64,000 bases of DNA, taken from contig OZ024743.1 of the NCBI GenBank assembly GCA_964016885.1, positions 157,108,001 to 157,172,000 on the forward strand, written 5' to 3'. The DNA is from Eledone cirrhosa. Taxonomy: Eukaryota. Every line of letters begins with the position of its first letter. Within the stretch, counting starts at the first letter, position 1. Both the position numbers and the translations under genes were made by a program. Under the pieces are notes generated by a model that was not told the origin of the DNA, made no database searches, and worked only from the letters and a program-made list of their open reading frames with translations. Below are positions 1-12,662 of the stretch, in pieces.

Positions 1-423
1 TTCAGATATATAGATAGAGGTGTAATTACATTGATACTCCATTAAAAACATACATACGCATACATAGATATAAACATATACATATACATACACGTACACA
101 AACATATATATATTTATATACAAACTTATACATACATATATACATGTACACACACATACATGTACATACACATATACACATATATATATATATGTATACA
201 CATATATATATATATACTCTTATCATACACACATAGATACATGTATACCCATGCAACAGGTGGTTATGTACAGTGATGCCCTTAGTCAGTAACGCATGAA
301 TCTATGGAAGCTAAAAAATTAAAAGGTTAAAAAAACAATAAACAGGAAGGCGTATAATTAGGGAAAGGGGATACTAACAAATGGTACGTCACATAGAACT
401 ATAGTGAGTTGCTATTTAGAATG

Positions 424-870
424 TTAATTTGGTTTATAGTACTTAAATGTTTTTCGTATACGGTGATTACAAGCTATAATCAGTTCCTGTCTTTTATTCA
501 ATAAATCGTCCTTAGATTTAGTAATTTCCAAGATCTCCCCGGAACGTAATCTGTATTCTCTTCTGTTCCCAAGATATGGAGTTCTTTGCAGAATGGTATT
601 CACGATATCTTGAAATGTATTTTTTTTCTTTTTATAGTTATTTACTGCTTCAGCTAAAGATGTGGTGTTAGCTAGTTTAGAATTGTTAAAGCTACTGGAG
701 TGTGCGTAATATCTTTTCTTAAATGTGTTCGATATAGATCCTATATATGATTTATTGGAGTCAGTAGTAGACACAGTGCATTTATATATTACATTTTTAA
801 TTAAACAGTTGCTATTTAAGGGGCAAACGCTTCTATTTCTGCAATTACAACCATACGTAAGATGGTCGTT
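424..870 (-). pseudogene. Penelope-like element GIY-YIG endonuclease fragment
   Basis: Minus strand reads CNCRNRSVCPLNSNCLIKNVIYKCTV...YIGSISNTFKKRY..H...LLNKRQELIIACNH: PLE Cys-rich linker followed by a GIY-YIG domain. Confidence 0.9.
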
Positions 871-1203
871 GTGGGTGCCTACATAATTTTCATTAATTCT
901 TGAGCTATTCTTATTGTAATTAATGTTTGAAAGAGAATGAATGCTGCTTTGTGGGTGATTTAGTGCTGGGGTTGTATTGTGATTTTGTGTTATGTTGATT
1001 TTGTGTTGGTGGTTTGGGTGGTTGTGTTTTCCAGGTTGAAGGATTGTATTATTTGTCCTTTTAAAAGGTGGTCTTATTTAAATTATGTTGAAAATATTTA
1101 TTATTGTATATTCTATGATGCATCATACGCTATATTATACTATATACAATGTACCATACTGTACTATATTATATTACATCATATTATATTATTATATTTT
1201 ATT

Positions 1204-1940
1204 ATCCAGTACAACCTGTCTCATGGTCGGGTCGTTGGCGACTAAACTGGCAACCCCACCAAGATTTCCTGGTGAGGAGGGTGACTTTAGACATCCTGCA
1301 GGACTAAAAATAAAACCTGTCAAAGGGCAAAGGAACTCCTGGGAGCTCTTAGAGCTCTTGGAGTCAATGGCCATCCAAAACCAGCACGGCCCGCCGAAAG
1401 GCGCTGCAGTGCCGGAAAAGTCACATTCTCTGACTTTACTTCCTGCTACTAGTATGCTGGTAAGCTAGTACAACGTATCTCCAGACGGATAGAGTGGGTC
1501 CGTAGCTTTGGTTAGCGACTACTCTAGTGCTTGCAACACGAACAATTAGGGCGAGGGTATAAATTCCAGGTTGGTATCTGGCGCCGTGTTACCCACCACA
1601 CGGAGGAGAAAGCACTTTCTTCAAGACTTGGCTGTCAAATTCTTTCACATGTGTGTAGTAGTGGCGCCCACACACATTATTAGCTATTTGAAAAGATGAT
1701 GGATTTCGTAACTAACTGCACCAGGGATCCTGTTCCTCAGGAAACCACACTATACGGTATACCTGTTGATATAGGTCCAGCCCCTGCTTTCCCGGGTCCT
1801 GTTTCTGATCATAATGATCTCTAGGGATACGGGAAACAGTAGACAGGACCTGGGGGCAGCGATGGGGGACAGGGAATTCTGGGGCATGAGAGTGAGATCC
1901 ATCATCTCAACAGTAGTCGAAGAATGATGATGATGATGAT
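1204..1940 (+). mobile_element. Non-autonomous bipartite RTE-type retroelement with (TGA)n tail
   Basis: First ~180 bp are nearly identical to the head of the element at 59704-60292 (opposite strand). The 3' end encodes a LINE C-terminus remnant (ISRDTGNSRQDLGAAMGDREFW..IISTVVEE*) followed by (TGA)n. Confidence 0.75.
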
Positions 1941-2361
1941 ATTTTAATATCTTAATATAATTTTCATCTTTTAATATACTATCCTTCCTAGTTATGACCA
2001 TTACATTACCTATCTTTATTTATCCTAGTTACCTCTGTATATTTTATATTTACTTATTTATATTCACCATAAAATTCCATACAACGCAACTCAACATTTA
2101 ATTTTTACATTCCTTTTTAAACTTCACTCCACCATCTACATTCCACTATCAATAGAACAATCCCTTTCCTCATAGGTTCTTTATATTAATTCTATATTTA
2201 ACACCATTCAACCATTCCTTTCAAAGGGTCATGACCTCAACTAAAGTGAGTAATATTTCATCTTAACATCATATGGCAAAAAACCATTTGATTGGTTTGT
2301 TCTTCAGCTACCTCCAAATAAGATCATAGAACTAAATTTACTATTGATTTTGAATACAATT

Positions 2362-2507
2362 TTCATTGCTTTTGACAACTGCTGATGATATACACGTAGG
2401 TAAATACATTCTTTATTTGATATTTTGTATCTAACCCTACATATATCGATAACGAAATATGCGTACGATGTATTATTATCACCTAGAAACGATCGTAAAG
2501 CAGTGAA
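2362..2507 (+). ncRNA. Type-I hammerhead ribozyme variant (U3-A8 core, ~107-nt stem II) in a PLE terminus
   Basis: Stem I UUCAUUGCUU/AAGCAGUGAA; core UUGACAA; stem II base UGAUGAU-AUACACGUA/UACGAUGUAU-AUUAUCA; GAAA; palindromic stem III ACGAUCGU; GUA cleavage triplet; followed by (TA)n at 2552. Confidence 0.7.
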
Positions 2508-2575
2508 GTATATTTCTAATGACTTGAATTTTTATTTCATTGTTTTAACTTATATATATATATATATATATATAT

Positions 2576-2692
2576 AATTGTTTCTACATTTGGCACAAGG
2601 CCAGCAATTATCCCAGTGTATTACTGGTACTTTATTTTATCGACCCCGTAAGGATGAGAGGGAAAGTTAACCGTGGCGGGATTTGATACCTT
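2576..2692 (-). mobile_element. 5'-truncated tRNA-derived SINE (family 1)
   Basis: Matches the 3' two-thirds of the full copy at 53118-53306. Confidence 0.85.
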
Positions 2693-2756
2693 AATGACGA
2701 ACTTTGGTCACGAATGAGTATAGTATTATTACCTAGAGACGCAATTGCGGTTAAGA

Positions 2757-2997
2757 ATTGTTGTGGAAGATCAGCATTTACCCATACATACCAATCTCCC
2801 CTCTCCTCGCGACCGATGTTCTCCAAGGGAAATGCAATGGCTGACGCAGCGTAGCACCAGTTACGTCGCACCTCATTTCTACAGCTCAGTAAACTGAAGG
2901 AACGTTGTGAAAGTGTTTGCTCAACAAAATAACTAATCACCCGTTCCGGGAATCGAAATTACAACCTCCCGATTGGTAGCCTAACGCTCAAATCCAT
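2757..2997 (-). mobile_element. Degenerate tRNA-derived SINE (second family)
   Basis: B-box-like TTCGATTCCC on the minus strand; body resembles 60343-60626. Confidence 0.55.
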
Positions 2998-3269
2998 CTG
3001 CTATTTATATAACATCAAATTAGCAGGCTGTGCTCGAATGGAATCGGCACTCTATTTTCTATTGTCTTCTATCTTCTACAGTCTGTCTGAGTTGAACGTA
3101 ATCCTGTTCCATAGTTCTGCAAATAACACCTGATGAAATCATCTAGTCTTGCAATGTAATTAAATGTAGAGTGCTTTCGCGGAATTATAATTCTAAAGTA
3201 AATGTCCCTGTGCGACCTGCTTTTGTTGTTTTAATGAATAGGTGACTGCGATTTTGCGCTAGCCACGGG

Positions 3270-3391
3270 ATACCACGTCTACGATGGATGATTGTCATAA
3301 CGTTGAGTGCTTTAATAATTTTATTGGTTTATCGATTATCTTTCCCGAACCACCAATTCTACCCTTCGTAAACCACCTACCATAAATGCTA
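3270..3391 (+). repeat. Dispersed repeat terminus ending in (TA)n
   Basis: TACCACGTCTACGATGGATGA...TTCTACCCTTCGTAA recurs at 27991-28113; both copies end in TA tracts. Confidence 0.65.
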
Positions 3392-3404
3392 TATATATAT
3401 ATAT

Positions 3405-5478
3405 ATTAAAATAACGATTAAAGTTTAAGCAAAGAATCGCTGCTTTCACCCTTAACGGGATCTTCTGAAACTAAAAGAGTCAATCTGTGAACGCAGAAGT
3501 AAATATTTCAAAAAACATTGCAACCGGAGGAGGACAAGAAGACGATACTTTGATTCGTGGAAACGTTCCCTGGCAAAGAACGGAAAAAAACGAATATAAT
3601 ACGTCATTATTTGGAGCGTTGAAAACAATTACACGCAAAGACAAAATCACGTTTATGGTATAAATGAAGTCGTAGACTAATATTCTATTAGGTGGTTCAT
3701 GGAGACGTTCTCTGGTAATGAACGGAAAAAACGAATATAATATGTCATTATATGGAGCGGTGAGAAGAATTGCACGCAAAGACAAAATCACGTAAATGGT
3801 ATAATAAAGTCGTAGACTAAAATTCTAACTAGAAAACCGAATGATTCTCGGCTTCAGAGTTAAGAATAAAGTAAATAAAATACAGAGGTAATTGAAATTA
3901 AAAAATACATACATGCATCGATATACGTACATACACAAGCATACGCGAAAACACTCGCCATAGGTATACAAATACCACCACGTACAGAAAAAAACCCGCA
4001 CGCACACAGAGAACCCACACAACGGCTGCACCCGCACTATATACGAACGATTACACCAAATACACATACAAATATATATAAAAATATATATACATATGTG
4101 TGTCTGTGTGCGTGTATACATATAGTTCAATAAACGTATATAAATAAATAAATACGTATATAACGCGCGCACACGCATACCTACATGTAAATTACCGGTA
4201 TGTTTTGTGAAGGTACATATACGTTCTCGTACGTATATTTGCTTGTATATGTTATATCGTATATTTTATATATTCTGGTACATGTCCGTTTGGATATGTG
4301 TATACGCGTGTTTTGGTATGTGTGAGTATGCGGGTTCGTACGTATGTAGGGTGTGTGTATATGTGTACTTTGTGTTTTGGTCGACGTACGTGTATTTACA
4401 TGTATGTATTTGTGTGCGCGTTATATACGTATTTATTTATTTAATTATATGTATACACGCACACACAAACACATATATATATATATTTTTATAACGAAGG
4501 AAACGTGGTAAGGAACCAGATGGACGATAACGCACCAAAGTACTCACTACTTAGGGTAGTAGAGTGGGTAATAGGAACGAGTCGGACCCCGACGGCTGAG
4601 CTCAAGCCGTTTCCACGGTTAATTCTGTAATTTAAAAAAAAAATTTTTTTTTTTATACCAGAATTAGCCGTCGAAACGGCTTGAGCTCAGCCGTCGGGGT
4701 CCTACTCGTTCCTATATATTTTTATATATATTTTTATGTGTATTTGGTGTATACGTTCTATGTGTGCGGGTAGAGGCGTTGCGTGGGTTTTGTATGTGCG
4801 TGCCTTTTTTTGTGTACGTGCTTGTATTCGTACATCTATGGCGAATGTTTTGGCGTATGCTTGTGTATGTACGTATATAGATGCATGTATGTATTTATTT
4901 AATTTCAATTACCTCTGTATTTTATGTACGTTATTCTTAACTCTGAAGCCGAGAATCATTCGGTTTACTAGTTAGAATTTTTGTCTACGACTTCAGTTAT
5001 ACCATTTACGTGGTTTTGTCCGTGCGTGCAATTGTTTTCACCGCTCCAAATAATGACGTATTATCTTCGCTTTTCCGTTCATTACCAGAGAACGTCTCCA
5101 TGAACCACTTAATATAATATTAGTCTACGACTTCATTTATACCATAAACGTGATTTTGTCTTTGCGTGTAATTGTTTTCACCGGTCCAAATAATGACGTA
5201 TTATCTTCGTTTTTTTTCCGTTCTTTGCCAGGGAACGTTCCCACGAACCAAAGTATCGACTTCCTCCGGTTGCAACGTTTTTTGAAATATTTACTTCTGC
5301 GTTCACAGATTGACTTTTTTAGTTTCAGAAGATCCCATTAAGGGTGAAAGCAGCGATTCTTTGCTTGAACTTTAATCTGTTATTTTAATAAATAGTTGCT
5401 CTACGGTTTTTATATATTAGATATAAATTTAATCTTATCGAGTCCTCTTTGGATTTTAATCCTCAAATTTATTATTAT

Positions 5479-5481
<3 letters not shown>
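3405..5481. mobile_element. Fold-back (inverted-arm) PLE-like element, family A
   Basis: 3405-4192 is the reverse complement of 4393-5390; the right arm has an extra ~90-bp tail; (TA)n on both sides; related short copy at 56276-56490. Confidence 0.8.
4491..4713. mobile_element. Short hairpin element (family B) nested in a TA run of family A
   Basis: Arms 4572-4626 and ~4660-4713 are reverse complements; left arm has an ~80-bp extra tail; homologues at 56562-56749 and 32471-32645. Confidence 0.8.
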
Positions 5482-5513
<32 letters not shown>

Positions 5514-5519
<6 letters not shown>

Positions 5520-6560
5520 ATGTTGAAAAGGTAACACATCAGAGAGTGATATACGGTGCGCTATCAATAAAACAGGGAAAAAACACCAGTGTATGGAATC
5601 TATAACCTATGAAAGGCAGTCTATATACGCGATAATTAAAAATATGAATTAAAGCGTAAATAAATACCTCTATAACTATATAACACACGTACGAATCCAA
5701 CAATACTAATCCAAAGATATGTTTCACCAGTAATTTGTTGAAAGAAATGGGTTAGCCTCGGTTCATCAACCTGTGTAAGGCTATACATTTCAGACAACAC
5801 TAAGAGAATTTTAGAAGTGACTGTCCGTGGGAGAGAGAAGTCACAGCGTGTTTAAGAGCAGTGAACCAGTGGCCTCTGAGGGACGAACTGCTAGAAAGGG
5901 CAGCCCAAAGCCACTCAGAGAAGTGTGCTCAACCAAACAAAGTTAGGAAAGACTGTTATTAGGTGCGAAATATCACGATAAATTAACGGAGGCATAGGCC
6001 CTCGCTATTCCCTGTAAATAATGTGCTCAGAGGAGAAGAAATCCTGAATTCTTTAAAATACAATATGTTAAAAGGTAACACACCAGAGAGAGATATACAG
6101 TGCGTTATCAATAAAACAGGGGAAAAACCCACCAGTGTCTGGAATCAATAACCTATGAAAGGCAGACTATAGACACGATAATTAAAAATATAAATTAAAG
6201 CGTAAATAAATATCTCTATAACTATATAACACACGTACAAATCCAAAGATACTAATCCAAAGATATGTTTCAGCAGTAATATGTTGAAAGAAGTAGGTTA
6301 GCCTCGGTTCATTAGCGTGTGTAAGGCTATACATTTCAGACAACACTAAGAGAATTTTAAAAGTGACTGTCCAGCTACACGTGGGAGAGAGAAGTCACAG
6401 CGTGTTAAAGGGCAGTGAACCAGTGGCCTCTGAGGGGCGAACTGCTAGAACGGGCAGCCCAAAGTCACTCAGAGAAGTATGCTCAACCAAACAGAGATAG
6501 GAAAGACTGCTATTAGGAGCGAAATATCACGATAAATTAACGGAGGCAGAGGCCCTCGCT
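5514..6560 (+). repeat. Head-to-tail partial dimer of a ~545-bp unit inside (TA)n
   Basis: 5514-6008 recurs at 6057-6560; only the first unit carries the ~48-bp extension at 6009-6056. Confidence 0.85.
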
Positions 6561-6730
6561 ATATATATATATTTTTTTGTTTTTTTTAGTGTATGTTGAT
6601 TGTTTACCGAGACATCAGAATTCGGATTGGAGCACTCGACGAAGTACGCAGGTTGGTTCGTTTACTCCTGAGTAATGTGAAATAAAGTAATTAAGTCAAA
6701 TATTTAAGATTTGGCTTCGTTTTTAAAGAT

Positions 6731-6789
6731 GAACTGCTATATATATTTCGGTGACAGCCATCATTGGCTGTGGCCTCTTCAGACAGTTC
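6731..6789 (-). ncRNA. Minimal type-I hammerhead ribozyme (family C)
   Basis: GAACUGU-CUGAAGA-stem II (ACAGCCA/UGGCUGU)-GAAA-UAUAUA-UA-GCAGUUC; palindromic stem III. The mirror copy at 11091-11149 is degenerate. Confidence 0.85.
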
Positions 6790-7851
6790 GAATTGGTGTG
6801 GTAGAGAGAGGTACACATGTTGTTAAAGTGTTTTACTCCGTCAATACTCCGATATGTCCAGCTCCTCGTTGTCTTTTTATTTCACTGAGGAAATGGAATC
6901 ATATGAATTCGAACAAACAAATTTCGGCATCATAGGACACCTCTCTCTTCCCATTGATCAGTTGTGAGAACATTCCTCAGTCAAAAGTCTATAGAAATTT
7001 TTTTATGAGGCAAGACATTCTGTTGTGGTTGTTTTTGTTAAGTACAGCTGACCTCCTCCCTTGTGTTTATTGGTGTTAGGGGGTCAGCTGGCAAGTCAGC
7101 CTTAGTTCCACTGCTGCTGCCTTTAGAAGAATTAGTGTGTGTGGGTTGGCATCAATCCTACCACCCTTTCACCTGGTGCGGGGTAACAAACAGATAATGG
7201 AATCAGATGAGGTAAAATGACGAAATAATATATAAAACTAAGATAAAATAAATAATAAAATAATAACAGAAAATAAGATAAAATAAATAATAAAATAATA
7301 ATTAAAATAAGATGAAATAAATAATAAAATAATAAGATACGATACAATAAAATGAAGAAGTAAAAAAAATAAAATAAATGAATAAAATAGAATAAAATGC
7401 GTGTTTGTTATAGCCAATATCAAATATGAAAGAAGAATAAAGTGCGTGTGTTATCGCCAATGTTAAAGTTTGAAAGATTTGGAAAATATTGACTGAAGTA
7501 TAAAGGCTATGTGTCAGAATCGGGAAATGCAAAGGATTACGATCTTTACACTATCAAGGGGTGGTGCGTTTTAAGAGCAAATGAGGCACAAGTGGAGTGT
7601 AAAACACCATAACCTGAGTATCAAAATCCGGAAATGCAGAGGACTACAGTTTTTAATTCGGCATTGAGTACATATGCGTGTATGTCAACTCAAATCGTTG
7701 CAATCCCACACTCACCAACACGGACCCAGGTGCATCCAATATTCACACGCACCCACTCACACACAGATTATACAAACACACACACACACACCCATATATA
7801 TATATATATGTATAGAAAGATTTGAATGGATACAGTTTAGTTGAAAGGAAT

Positions 7852-7971
7852 TTATTGACACGTGTTTCTATAATAGTTACATAACCTAAAACAGCTGCTA
7901 TCTACAAACTTTTAGTTATGCAGACATTCAATATTTCAATGTTATTATTTACTGTCATTTCATCAGAATAA
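7852..7971 (-). ncRNA. Hammerhead ribozyme with long branched stem II in a nested PLE terminus (~7810-8270)
   Basis: UUAUU-CUGAUGA-(~90 nt containing two internal hairpins)-GAAA-CACGUG-UC-AAUAA; palindromic stem III ACACGUGU; GUC triplet. Confidence 0.75.
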
Positions 7972-8555
7972 TATTACTGAGGACCTATTTAGTTTTTATA
8001 GAGAATATTAGGAGGGAGGGGTGAAGTTGTTAGAAGAATAGTTGAAGGAGTGGTTTTTCGATAGCAGTGAGAATTCTTGGTGGCAGTGAGTAATTAGATT
8101 CCCATCTGTTGTTTTGACATTTTTTATAGAATATATTATTGGTTATTTTTCTAAATCTATAGAAGGATTAGAGATAGTAAAGATATGCGTGGTTGGTTTT
8201 GTGTTTGCACTTAATTAACATTCAGACTTAAATTTTTCTTTCAAGTGTAAGTATCCTTTCACCCACGCATTCACACACAAATATATTTGCACACCTCTAC
8301 AAAATACATATAGTCACAATTCACATATTCATACTTACATATATATACACATGCATACACATATATATACACACATGTATTCATGTACATACATACGCGC
8401 TCATGTGTATACATTTTCATACTCAACTTATCTTTATATACACACGTATAGACACACACATATATACATACATACTCTAGTCCATGTGTACACACATACA
8501 CATACATACACATCCATATACACATATATACATACATATATATATATACATATAT

Positions 8556-8624
<69 letters not shown>

Positions 8625-9083
8625 CACTTTAATACATGAATACACTTACATCTAACTATACACATCAAACATATATATATATTTACTTATTTATATATAT
8701 TTTCACATATATATACATACTTATTGACGTTTTTAGACACATTCATTATCGCATATTTGCACATATTCTCATCAGCATATATCTCCATTATTAGTGTGGT
8801 AATTTAAGGTTATTAATATATGTTGAGAAGAGATTGTTTTTATATTTTTCTAACTAGATTAAGGTTTATATATATGTATATATATATACTCGCACACACA
8901 TACACACACACACATACACACACACACACACACATATATGAATGTATCAGTGCATGTATAATCTTAAATAACAGGATCTATGTATGGACATATGCCATTG
9001 GAGTCGATCGAGGCTGGAGTAGGAGTGGTGAAAGTGCAGGGGGTGGTTTACCGTGGGCTCGTTGTGGCGGGGCTACTGTCCCT

Positions 9084-9382
9084 ATAGCTTGAGGGAAGTT
9101 CCCTTCCCAATGTGTTGTTGTTGCCCATATAGCTAGAGGAAGGTCCCGGCCCTGAGGTGTTTACATGTCCCGGGGAAGTCCTTATAGCTTGAGGGAAGTT
9201 CCCATCCCAAAGTGTTGTTATTGTTAATATAGCTTGAAGAAGGTCCGGGCCTGGGGTGTATACATGTCCCGGAGAAGTCACTATAGCGTGAGGGAAGTTC
9301 CCCTTCCAGTGTGTTGTTATTGTCCATATAGCTTGAGGAATGTCTCGGACCTGAGGTGTCTACATGTCCCGAAGAAGTCAGT
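9084..9382 (-). repeat. Three ~100-bp tandem repeats at the end of the PLE ORF
   Basis: TAGCTTGAGGGAAGTTCCC...ACATGTCCCGNAGAAGTC occurs three times; a related unit is at 29635-29750. Confidence 0.85.
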
Positions 9383-10160
9383 CCTGAGGTTTATCAGGCT
9401 GCTTCTACCGCTGAGTATCTCGAGGGTCTTGCTCAGACATAGTTTGCAGATGCCAGATCCCCCTTTATCAGGTGGTACTTTCCTGATTTTGGACCAGGCC
9501 AGAGAGTACCGGGTCCTGTCCAGCATGAGCTTCCAGATCAGTTCGGAAAAAGCCGTACTTTTCCCTTTGTCCTCCCTGTTAAAGGAATGGCGATGATTAT
9601 ACCATCGGTCCTTAAATGTCGTTGATGTGGCTCCTATGTAAATGTGTTCAGATTGGGGGGTTTTTACTCTACATCCGTATATTAAGTTATTCCTTAGGCA
9701 TTCATTACTAAGGGGGCATAATGCTGGGTTTCTGCAGTTGCAAGAGGTGGTCGACCTCCGCCTGCCTAATGTTGGTTTCCCGTTGCATATTAATGGTGAT
9801 CCTCCCCCAGGCCCATTGCGAGTGTCCCTGTGTCTGTTTGGGTTACTGGGTCCACCCTTTCTGTCCCTCCACATGGTTCTGCCGTGTGCCTATATTGCCA
9901 CCTTCCAGTTGTATGTGGTTTTTAAGTCTACACCTATTAATGCTAGTTATGTGCTGGGCCACATTTCGCGTGGTAGAATATGAGAGCTTTACAGTGTGTC
10001 TGTTAAAGTTCTTGCGGTGTCTATGGTCCTTAGGGAAACATTTATCTAGTGCTCTAAAGAATGAGCGGGCCATGCTGTTCTTTAGGGCCGCTGAGTCTGT
10101 TGGGTTGTACCACATGATTTTTCTGTGTCTACTCCTATGTGGTTGGGTTGAGCGTGTCAT
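9317..10160 (-). pseudogene. PLE RT thumb-linker and GIY-YIG endonuclease (frameshifted)
   Basis: RKIMWYNP...FNRHTVKLSYS; CNCRNPALCPLSNECLRNNLIYGC..YIGATSTTFKDRWYNH...CKLCL...INLRTDFFGTCRH. Confidence 0.92.
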
Positions 10161-11761
10161 GGGCTGTTAGGGAGTTGTTGGGTTGCTAGTGGTTCCCGAA
10201 TTGCTGCTTCTCCTTTGGGCGCTATGTGTTCTGCTAACTTCCTGGTACGTGTGGGCTTGCAAAGATGTGGGTTGACATACACGCATATGTACTCTCTGCC
10301 GAATTAAAAACTGAAGGCCTCTGCATTTCCGGATTTTAACAATCATGTGATGATGTTTTACACTCCACTCTTGCCTTATTTGCTCTTAAAACGCACCACC
10401 CCATGATAGTGTAAAGATCGTAATCCTTTGCATTTCCCGATTCTGACACATAGCCTTTATACTCCAGTCAATATTTTCCAAATCTTTCAAACTTAATATT
10501 GGCTATAACACACACGCACTTTATTCTTCTTTGATATATGATATTGGCTATAACAAACACGCATTTTATTCTATTTTATTCATTTATTTATTTATTTTTT
10601 TACTTCTTCATTTTATTGTATCGTATCTTACTATTCTATTATTTATTTTATCTTATTTTTATATTTTATTTCTTCATTTTACCTCATCTGATTCCATTAT
10701 CGGTTTGGCACCCCCACCACATGAAAGGTTAGTAGGATTGATGCCAACCCACACACACTCATTCATCTAAAGACAGCAGCAGTAGAACTAAGGCTGACCT
10801 GCCAGCTGACCCCCTAACACCAATAAACAAAAGGGAGGAGGTCAGCTGTACTTAACAAAAACAACCATAGCCTCATAAAAACATTTCTATAGACTTTTGA
10901 CTGAGGAATGTTCTCACAACTGATCAATGGGAAGAGAGAGTGTCCTATGATGCCGAAATTCGTTTGTTCGAATTCATATGATTCCATTTCCTCAGTGAAA
11001 TAAAAACACAACGAGGAGCTGGACATATCGGAGTATTGACGGAGTAAAACACTTTAACAACATGTGTACCTCTCTCTACCACACCAATTCGAACTGCCCG
11101 AAGAGGTCACAGCCAATGATGGCTGTCACCAAAATATAAATTGCAGTACATCGTTAATAAACTAAGCCAAATCTTAAATATTTAACTTAATTACTATATT
11201 TTATATATATATATATATATATTTCACATATATTTACCTAAACTGCGATTCTGTTTTTCACTCTCTCTCTCGCTTACTGCTCCCTCGTTCTCTCTGTTTC
11301 TCTTACTTTCTTTCGTCCCCTCTGTCATGTCAGTTAACACTTTCTCTCTACTGACCTCTTCCTCACACTTCCACTCACTCACTCACTGCTTCTCCCCTTC
11401 TCACTTCCCCCCCCCCCCGTTCGCGACGTTAACGATTTTCCTTCTTTCTTACATCGGATTCATCTCGAAAGGTCTATTTTCTACTCGCTTATATATTCAC
11501 CCAGCTCATACTGATAGAATAACTATGTAGCTTGTGTCTCTTCCTATCTTCGGTTAGCTTTCCTCTGTGTTGTTTACTTGTCTCACTCGCTTTACGCGTT
11601 TTAATTGTCCTAATAACATATTTTAGTTATTATTGCGCCAACGTGAGGTATATGATTTTTAATGCAATGAAATAAATATGACCGCTGGTACATCACTGAT
11701 GAGGGACTCATTTTATAACATGTTATCCATGTGCAAGCATGCAGTATTCTTCTCCCCATTT

Positions 11762-11818
<57 letters not shown>

Positions 11819-11825
<7 letters not shown>

Positions 11826-12594
11826 GAATAATCGAGAATCGGAATTTCAGCCCACGAAATCAGGATAAACAATATCTTATATTAGCGAAAGAATTCGGTG
11901 ATGTGTAAATTATGTAACAATACAAATTATAACATATCGAATCAGAGTGCTCAACAGACATGTTAAAATAAACAAGAGCTATTCATCAGTCAATAAGATC
12001 AACAAAGAAATCATCAATAAAATTAACTGGTCAATAGCTAGGGTCTAGAGCGAAATATAGTAGAATAATCGAGAATCGGAATTTCAGCCCACGAAATCAC
12101 GATAAACAATATCCGATATATGTGGCAGAGGGCTCAATAATTTGGAAAAATCAAAGCTATAACTATCGTTAAAATACCAACACATAGATGTCATGCCTAA
12201 AATCACCCATGCAGCCGAAAATAAACGACCAGGAAGATTCGGGTCACTCAAATAAAATATCAATAAATTAATAAATTAAATGAATGTAAAACTTACCCGA
12301 ACCCGCTAGAATGATGTTAAATCTAGCTTCTTGGGTTTCTGCAATTCCTTAATCTGAACACTATCAGCCCAATAAAAGATATATAAGGCTTATAGAGAAG
12401 AGAGGAACAATGAAAGCTTTATCAACGAGTCTTTAGTTCCACAGTATAGAAGGGCCCCGAAGCCAAATGACGCACATGCTATTCAGCAAGGGAGGGAACC
12501 CTTATATTAGCGAAAGAATTCGGTGATGTGTAAATTATGTAACAATACAAATTATCACATATCACATATCGAATCAGAGTGCTCCCACTGATCA

Positions 12595-12597
<3 letters not shown>
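11819..12597 (+). repeat. Permuted tandem repeat element (A-C-D-A-B-C) between TA tracts
   Basis: 11819-11876 recurs at 12057-12115; 11877-11955 recurs at 12500-12585. Confidence 0.75.

Positions 12598-12660
<63 letters not shown>

Positions 12661-12662
<2 letters not shown>

Larger units (their letters stand above)
6572..11196. mobile_element. Penelope-like element (family C) with inverted ~1-kb terminal repeats
   Basis: 6685-7690 is the reverse complement of 10265-11195; internal GIY-YIG remnant; a hammerhead in each arm; left arm has an extra tail at 6572-6684; TA tracts at both ends. Confidence 0.85.

Noticed and set aside
5320-5365. Hammerhead-like CAGAAGA-UCCC/GGGU-GAAA in family A (also at 56437)
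   Set aside because: U4 is replaced by A in all copies and I could not form stems I and III; at most a hammerhead relic.
11690-11750. CTGATGA cores here and at 3131
   Set aside because: No properly placed GAAA, stem III or stem I.
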